A DNA stretch of 64,000 nt from assembly GCA_000434295.1 (NCBI GenBank), contig HF994934.1:140561-204560 (forward strand). The letters are read 5' to 3'. Positions within the stretch are counted from its first letter, which is position 1; each line of letters starts with the position of its first letter. Both the position numbers and the translations under genes were made by a program. Positions 58,809 to 64,000 of this stretch are shown piece by piece. The stretch is from Acetobacter sp. CAG:977 (GTDB lineage: Bacteria > Pseudomonadota > Alphaproteobacteria > CAAGCB01 > CAG-977). The notes under the pieces were generated by a model, which was not told where the DNA came from, searched no databases, and saw nothing but the letters and a program-made list of their open reading frames with translations.

Positions 58809-59423
58809 ATGTCTTTTTCATATCAACAGGAATTGCTTAGGAAATCCGTACATTTAAGTTCGCTTTGGATGGTTTTGGCGGTTTGTTTTCTGCCGCGGAC
58901 TTTTTTATTGTTTCTGTTTGGCGTGCTGTTGATTTTAAATATTTGCATAGAATACGGCTATTATAAAAACCAGCCTTTTTGCCAAACGGTATACGGAAAA
59001 CTGTTCGGAAAAATGTTACGGGAAAAAGAAACGGACGGAAAATTTCATTTAAGCGGGTCTCCGTATGTTTTGGGGGCGGCGTTTGCGGTAACTCTTTTAT
59101 TTCCCAAAGAAGCGGCGGCAACGGCATTAACAGTGATGTTTTTGGGGGATACGGCGGCAGCGTTGTTCGGCAGAAAATACGGAAAACATAAAATAAATGA
59201 CGGGAAAAAAAGCGTGGAAGGCTCTTTGGCGTTTTTTAGCGTTTCTTTGGCAGTGCTGTACTTTTTCTCGATAGTCTATGATTTTCCCGCGCTGGTTTGG
59301 ATGGCGGGAATCGGCGGAATTTTTTTGGCGACCTTGGCCGAGGTTTACGAAGACAAGCTTCGCATAGACGATAATTTGTCGGTTCCTTTGTGTGTCGGTT
59401 TTGCGTTATCGGCAATGTTATGA
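58809..59423 (+). CDS. CTP-dependent polyprenol/phytol-kinase-like membrane protein (CTP_transf_1 / VTE5-SEC59-like)
   Basis: Motif 'GDTAAALFGRKYGKHKI...KSVEGSLAFF' matching the dolichol/phytol kinase signature; 6 TM. Confidence 0.55.
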   Translation: MSFSYQQELLRKSVHLSSLWMVLAVCFLPRTFLLFLFGVLLILNICIEYGYYKNQPFCQTVYGKLFGKMLREKETDGKFHLSGSPYVLGAAFAVTLLFPKEAAATALTVMFLGDTAAALFGRKYGKHKINDGKKSVEGSLAFFSVSLAVLYFFSIVYDFPALVWMAGIGGIFLATLAEVYEDKLRIDDNLSVPLCVGFALSAML

Positions 59424-60115
59424 AAAGGAATCTTTTTATTTCTTTTGCCGTATTGGCGCTGATTTTGTTTGTTTTTGAAAAAACGGACTGGGATATAAAG
59501 TTTCAAGATTGCTTTTTTGACGGCGGGTGGCTGATTTCCGCACGGATGCACCAAAAATTATCGCCGTTTTTTTATCGCGGCTTTAAAATCTTTACGGCAA
59601 GCGTCGGTGCCGTTTGCCTGTTTTGTTTTTTGCTTTCGTTCAAAAAAGAGGCGTTGCGGAAATACAGAGCCTCAGTTTTAATGCTGTTGCTAAGCCTGAT
59701 TTTCGTTCCGGTTATCGTCGCGGGCGGAAAACAGGTGACAAATCAATATTGTCCGAAACATATCGTTCGGTACGGCGGACCGGTTCCTTACGTGGGCGTT
59801 TTTGAATCTTATCCGAAAGATTTCGTTCAAATCAAAAATGGCAAATGCTTTCCCGCGGGGCATGCAACAAGCGGGTTTGCTTTTATGGGGCTGTTTTTTT
59901 GTTTTGCGTCGCGCAAAAAACGTATTGCGGGCTTGGCTTTCGGGATTATTGCAGGCTGGATCGCCGGAACATACCAGATGTTTCGCGGCGAACATTTTTT
60001 ATCGCACACGTTGGTCAGCATGACGGCTTCTTGGATAGTTGTCAGCGCGATTTACTGTCTTTTGAAGCGTTTTTATAAAGATCCCGCCAATGCGACGCAT
60101 GCTGATAATAACTGA
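59390..60115 (+). CDS. PAP2-family lipid phosphatase (LpxE/PgpB-like)
   Basis: PAP2 motif 2 'FPAGHATSG' and a motif-3-like 'FRGEHFLSHT'; N-terminal TM helix. Confidence 0.65.
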   Translation: MCRFCVIGNVMKRNLFISFAVLALILFVFEKTDWDIKFQDCFFDGGWLISARMHQKLSPFFYRGFKIFTASVGAVCLFCFLLSFKKEALRKYRASVLMLLLSLIFVPVIVAGGKQVTNQYCPKHIVRYGGPVPYVGVFESYPKDFVQIKNGKCFPAGHATSGFAFMGLFFCFASRKKRIAGLAFGIIAGWIAGTYQMFRGEHFLSHTLVSMTASWIVVSAIYCLLKRFYKDPANATHADNN

Positions 60116-61934
60116 CGGCGCCTTCCAACAAGTCGGGCAAAACTTCTTTCGTTTGTTTTCCGTTTTTGTAATAGGTAACGGCTTTTACGGGTTTTAAGAC
60201 GACCAGATCTTTGTCTTTTGAATAACCGATGAATTGGTAATTGCTGACAAAATATCGAGAGGCGTAATCCGGCTTGAGAGCGTCTTTTCCGTAAAAAACG
60301 CTGTCGTAATTAAAGTTCAATAATCCCAGCAACGTCGGCAACATATCGATTTGGCTGACGGGGAAATCATATCTTGCGGGCTTAATGTGGTTAGGAGCAT
60401 AGAAAATAAGCGGAATACGATGCGTTTCGGGATTTAGTTCCTGTTTTCCCGCGCTGCCTGCGCCGTGGTCGGCAATGAAAACAAACAGGGTATTGTTAAA
60501 CCAAGGCTTTGTTTTTGCGTTTTTTATAAGCTCTCCGACCGCAAAATCGGCGTATTTGACGGCTCCGAAACGGTTTGTTTTGGAGGGGATGTCGATTTTT
60601 CCTTCCGGATAAGAAAACGGACGGTGATTTGACGTTGTCATGACCAGCTGCAAGAACGGCTTTTTTTGACGGTAAGAATTATCGGCTTCGAAAATGACAC
60701 GGTCAAAGATGTCTTCGTCGGAAACGCCCCATATGTTGGCGTGACGAATTTTTTTGTCATCCAAATCGGTTCTGTCGATGACTTTGAACCCGTTGTTTCC
60801 GAAGAAATAATTCATATTGTCAAAGTAGCCGTATCCGCCGTAAAGCCATTTAAGATCATATCCTTTTCGGTTAAAGATTGAACCGATCGAATATAAATTT
60901 TCGTTTCCTTTCCGTCGCAGGATTGACATTCCCGGCAACGGCGGGACGGAAAGACTGACGGCTTCCAGACCTCGGACGGTTCTGGTTCCGGTCGCGTAAG
61001 TTCTGCTGAAAAAGATGCCTTCGCGCGACAATTTTGACAGGTTCGGCGTTAACGTGTAGCGGGGATGCAATTCGTCAAAGAATTCATATCCCATGCTTTC
61101 CATGACGACGATGATAACGTTTAATTTTGTTTCGGGTTGTTCGGATTTGACGGATCGTTCAATGGATTCTCCGTTATTTTTAAATTCGACGTTTTTTTGT
61201 TTCAGGTCTTTTTTTAGGAACGCGGTATTTTGGCTGTTAAGTCTGGTGACATAAAAATCGTTATAGTTCAGTTCATTTTTGATAAAGGCGCTGAACAGGC
61301 TGTAAAAACCGTCTTTTGAGACTTCGTTATTATACCTGTTTTGCCCTTTTTCTGCCAACTTGATATCTACGGCAAAGAAAGAAATTACGCATAAGGAAAT
61401 AAGGCAGAGCAAAGAGCACAAACGTTTTTTTAAACTTGGCGGCGTTACGTTCGGGAAAAGGTATTTTTTGAACAAGAACGCCAAAGCGACGGAAAAAAAT
61501 AAGACCAGAGCGAGAATTTTAAAAACCGGATAAGATTGCAAAATATTTCCGATGACTTCTTTTGTATAGATCAAATAATCTACGGCAATGAAATTAAAAG
61601 AAGATTCAAATTCTTCCCAAAAAATGCATTCGGCGACGTCTTCGAGAATATTGACGAACAGGAATAAAGCGAACAGGCATAAAGTAATTTTTTTATCGAG
61701 CGGCGAGTAAATTTTATGTTGAGGCAATGCTGCAAAATACAGAGCCAATGGAACGGCCATGTATAAGAAAGAAACGGTTGTCTGCAGCCACAGTACCGAA
61801 AAGACGCGTAACATGGGCAGGAAAGAAAGATCCATATTTGAGCGTTCGACGAAGCACAAAACGGAAGTTTCAATCAATTCGATGAGGAGAGCGGAAATGT
61901 AAAAAGGGCAAAGCCGCCGAAAAGTATATAACAT
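60042..61934 (-). CDS. Sulfatase-family (alkaline-phosphatase superfamily) membrane transferase, MdoB/LtaS/CgmB-like
   Basis: N-terminal 5-TM domain plus periplasmic sulfatase domain ('MESMGYEF', 'VFIADHGAG'); 630 aa. Confidence 0.75.
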   Translation of the reverse strand: MLYTFRRLCPFYISALLIELIETSVLCFVERSNMDLSFLPMLRVFSVLWLQTTVSFLYMAVPLALYFAALPQHKIYSPLDKKITLCLFALFLFVNILEDVAECIFWEEFESSFNFIAVDYLIYTKEVIGNILQSYPVFKILALVLFFSVALAFLFKKYLFPNVTPPSLKKRLCSLLCLISLCVISFFAVDIKLAEKGQNRYNNEVSKDGFYSLFSAFIKNELNYNDFYVTRLNSQNTAFLKKDLKQKNVEFKNNGESIERSVKSEQPETKLNVIIVVMESMGYEFFDELHPRYTLTPNLSKLSREGIFFSRTYATGTRTVRGLEAVSLSVPPLPGMSILRRKGNENLYSIGSIFNRKGYDLKWLYGGYGYFDNMNYFFGNNGFKVIDRTDLDDKKIRHANIWGVSDEDIFDRVIFEADNSYRQKKPFLQLVMTTSNHRPFSYPEGKIDIPSKTNRFGAVKYADFAVGELIKNAKTKPWFNNTLFVFIADHGAGSAGKQELNPETHRIPLIFYAPNHIKPARYDFPVSQIDMLPTLLGLLNFNYDSVFYGKDALKPDYASRYFVSNYQFIGYSKDKDLVVLKPVKAVTYYKNGKQTKEVLPDLLEGAVSYYQHASHWRDLYKNASKDSKSR

Positions 61935-61992
61935 TTTAGTTATTCTCCTCTTTTTTAAAGACGGGAGAAGAAAACATAAAAACCGACGAAGG

Positions 61993-63279
61993 TCAAGGGA
62001 TTATTTTAAGTTTTGTTTTTTCTTTTTTTGCCAAAACGTACGGTAAGTCTTCTACGGGGCTTTTTTTCAGATAATTTTTTAATTTTCGCATTTTATCAAC
62101 GCCCGTCCAGCGTGTAGGTCCGATGCTGACTCCCGGGATTGCTGACGGGTCGAAATAGCCTTGTCCCAAAGCGGCGACGGTTGTAAAGACGGCTGATTTG
62201 ACGAGGGTATCGGCTAATTTTTCTTTTCGTTCTTTTGCGGACAAAGTTAACTTAGGTTCTTTTTTGTCTGATTTCAGGAACTTTGCGGCATCTTGCAACA
62301 GATGAGCATTATACAGCGCTTTTCCGACGACGATCGAACCGATGAAGGCGGCTCCCGACCAAGGACCGAAATGAGCGGCAAGCAAAGCCGTTCCGCCCAA
62401 TCGTACGGTCAGATGTCCTGCCATTTTTATCCAAGGGCGTTGGGTATAAAGGAATTTCTTTTTCTTGAGGTTTTTAGGAACTTCAAGACCTTTTGCCATG
62501 AATTCGGCGATTTTTGCTTTTCTGGCTTTTTCTTCGGCACGCCGTTCCATCATGGTGTCATAAGCCCAGTGAGCTTTATCGGCAATCATGTAATACGTGA
62601 CGGCCATTGCGCCGCCTAAAGTGGCGGCACCGAGCGTTGCGGCGACTTTGACGGCGGGTTTTTCGTTGAAATCATAAATATCCGAAACGACTTTGCCGAC
62701 TTTTTTAGCGGCGAATTTCAGCGCGTTAAAGATTTTTTTCGGCTGTCGCATGACTTTTTTCAAAAATCGGGCGGCAGGCGACGGCTTTGCTTCGTTTCGA
62801 TTAACGCCGTCATGGACGGTAATTTCCTTTGATTTTGCAAAGAATTCGGCAATCGGCGCCAGCTTGTCCAAATCTTTTTCATAAGAAGCCCGTGTTCGGG
62901 CATCAGGCTGGATATTTGAAACGTTAATGCCTTCGTCTTTTGCCAAAGCCCATATTTTTTGTTTGTCGGCTTCATCTGTATCGGCACAAACGTCCGTCCA
63001 ACCCAGCGACGCGACAACCCGTAAGGCGGACGCGATGTCTTTATCGTTAAAATCGCCTTTTATGGCGACGGATTTATCCGTTCCCGTTATGCAAACATTT
63101 CTGTTTTTAAACTTCATTTCCAATCCGGGAAGGCTGTCGTTATTGCGAACGACGCGCAAATAAGCCAAATCTTTGCGTTCTTCGGCGGACAAAGCCTGAT
63201 GAACGGCGCAAACGCGTTCGGGAGTTAATTCACTCCCTTTGTTATCAGGCGTTTGATTGTTCAGTTCGATTCTGCTCAT
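61993..63279 (-). CDS. Hypothetical 428-aa protein with two internal hydrophobic segments and a Lys-rich C-terminus
   Basis: Long ORF with no shadow partner and no recognisable motif; followed by a bidirectional terminator. Confidence 0.5.
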   Translation of the reverse strand: MSRIELNNQTPDNKGSELTPERVCAVHQALSAEERKDLAYLRVVRNNDSLPGLEMKFKNRNVCITGTDKSVAIKGDFNDKDIASALRVVASLGWTDVCADTDEADKQKIWALAKDEGINVSNIQPDARTRASYEKDLDKLAPIAEFFAKSKEITVHDGVNRNEAKPSPAARFLKKVMRQPKKIFNALKFAAKKVGKVVSDIYDFNEKPAVKVAATLGAATLGGAMAVTYYMIADKAHWAYDTMMERRAEEKARKAKIAEFMAKGLEVPKNLKKKKFLYTQRPWIKMAGHLTVRLGGTALLAAHFGPWSGAAFIGSIVVGKALYNAHLLQDAAKFLKSDKKEPKLTLSAKERKEKLADTLVKSAVFTTVAALGQGYFDPSAIPGVSIGPTRWTGVDKMRKLKNYLKKSPVEDLPYVLAKKEKTKLKIIP

Positions 63280-63384
63280 TTTTTCGGATATCCGTCTTGT
63301 AACCTTATAAAAAGTATGGCACAGGGTTTTCGGAAAAACAAGTCTATTTTTTTGTCTAAAATAAGGATTTTTCTGAAATTAAAA

Positions 63385-63421
63385 AAGCCTCTTTTTCTTT
63401 TTGGAATCAGAGGCTTTTTTA
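63385..63421. terminator. Bidirectional terminator between the hypothetical protein gene and purB
   Basis: AAGCCTCT ... AGAGGCTT stem with T-runs on both sides. Confidence 0.65.
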
Positions 63422-63438
63422 AGTTTTTTCCGAACGGA

Positions 63439-64000
63439 TCAGCCCAAAACTTTTTTAAAAATAAAGTCAATTTGGCGGGTATAAAAGGACGTATCGAACA
63501 ATTCCTTTAATTTTTGTTCGGGCAGGACGGCAACGACTTCGGGGTCTGCGCTCAGCAAGTCGCAGAAAGTTCCTTCATTTGCCCAAACTTTCATGGCGTT
63601 TCTTTGAACCAGACGGTAAGCGTCTTCGCGGCTCAGACCTTCATCGACCATCGCCAGCATGATGCGTTGCGAAAAAATCAGCCCTTTCAGCCGGTTTAAG
63701 TTTGCCAGCATATTTTCGGGATAAACCAACAGTTTTTCGACAATTCCCGTCAGTCTGTTTAACGCGAAATCCAAACCGATCATAGAATCGGGCGCAATGA
63801 TGCGTTCGTTCGAAGAATGAGAAATATCGCGTTCATGCCACAGCGCGACGTTTTCCAAAGCCGGAATGACATAAGACCTGATCAATCGGGCAAGCCCCGT
63901 CAAATTTTCGGACAGGACGGGATTTCGTTTGTGAGGCATGGCGGACGATCCTTTTTGTCCTGCAGAGAAGAATTCTTCGACTTCGCGGACTTCCGTTCGT
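63439..64000 (-). CDS. purB: Adenylosuccinate lyase, C-terminal part; 5' end lies outside the window
   Basis: Fumarate-lyase family motif 'MPHKRNPVLSE' and ASL C-terminal domain; ORF is open at the window end. Confidence 0.85.
   Translation of the reverse strand, partial: RTEVREVEEFFSAGQKGSSAMPHKRNPVLSENLTGLARLIRSYVIPALENVALWHERDISHSSNERIIAPDSMIGLDFALNRLTGIVEKLLVYPENMLANLNRLKGLIFSQRIMLAMVDEGLSREDAYRLVQRNAMKVWANEGTFCDLLSADPEVVAVLPEQKLKELFDTSFYTRQIDFIFKKVLG

Overview
Gene-dense, origin-proximal chromosomal segment of an alphaproteobacterium, order Rhizobiales; an IalB gene, a Porin_2-type OMP and the absence of hemE/hemH suggest a Bartonella-like lineage. The core is the conserved ori-region block dnaQ-coaE-aroE-maf | rho | mnmE-mnmG ... 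rsmG-parA-parB, with hslVU, hisB, secB, mltA/smr/tim44 interleaved. The outer flanks carry other housekeeping genes: dnaB 3' end, cca, rsmB, gmk, pepF, rph-rdgB-hemW, hrcA-grpE, proC, hldD, lgt, prs, rplY(ctc)-pth-ychF, leuS-lptE-holA and the purB 3' end. I found no rRNA, tRNA, CRISPR or obvious mobile element. Main non-coding observations: three copies of the canonical parS centromere palindrome (TGTTTCACGTGAAACA) near rsmG-parAB and mnmE; and a 430-bp maf-rho intergenic region with a perfect DnaA box, several degenerate boxes and an AT-rich tract. That region sits where hemE/hemH-oriC lie in other alphaproteobacteria, so it is a candidate oriC. Uncharacterised genes worth follow-up: a standalone PPPDE-like permuted-papain protein with a strongly basic C-terminus; a membrane PAS-GGDEF cyclase with a repetitive acidic/Pro-rich tail and basic KVP C-terminus; a divergently transcribed tandem-bPH-like membrane protein; a lipid-phosphate remodelling cluster (polyprenol-kinase-like, PAP2 phosphatase, sulfatase-family transferase, 428-aa unknown); an orphan hldD; and HslV with an N-terminal extension ahead of the catalytic Thr.
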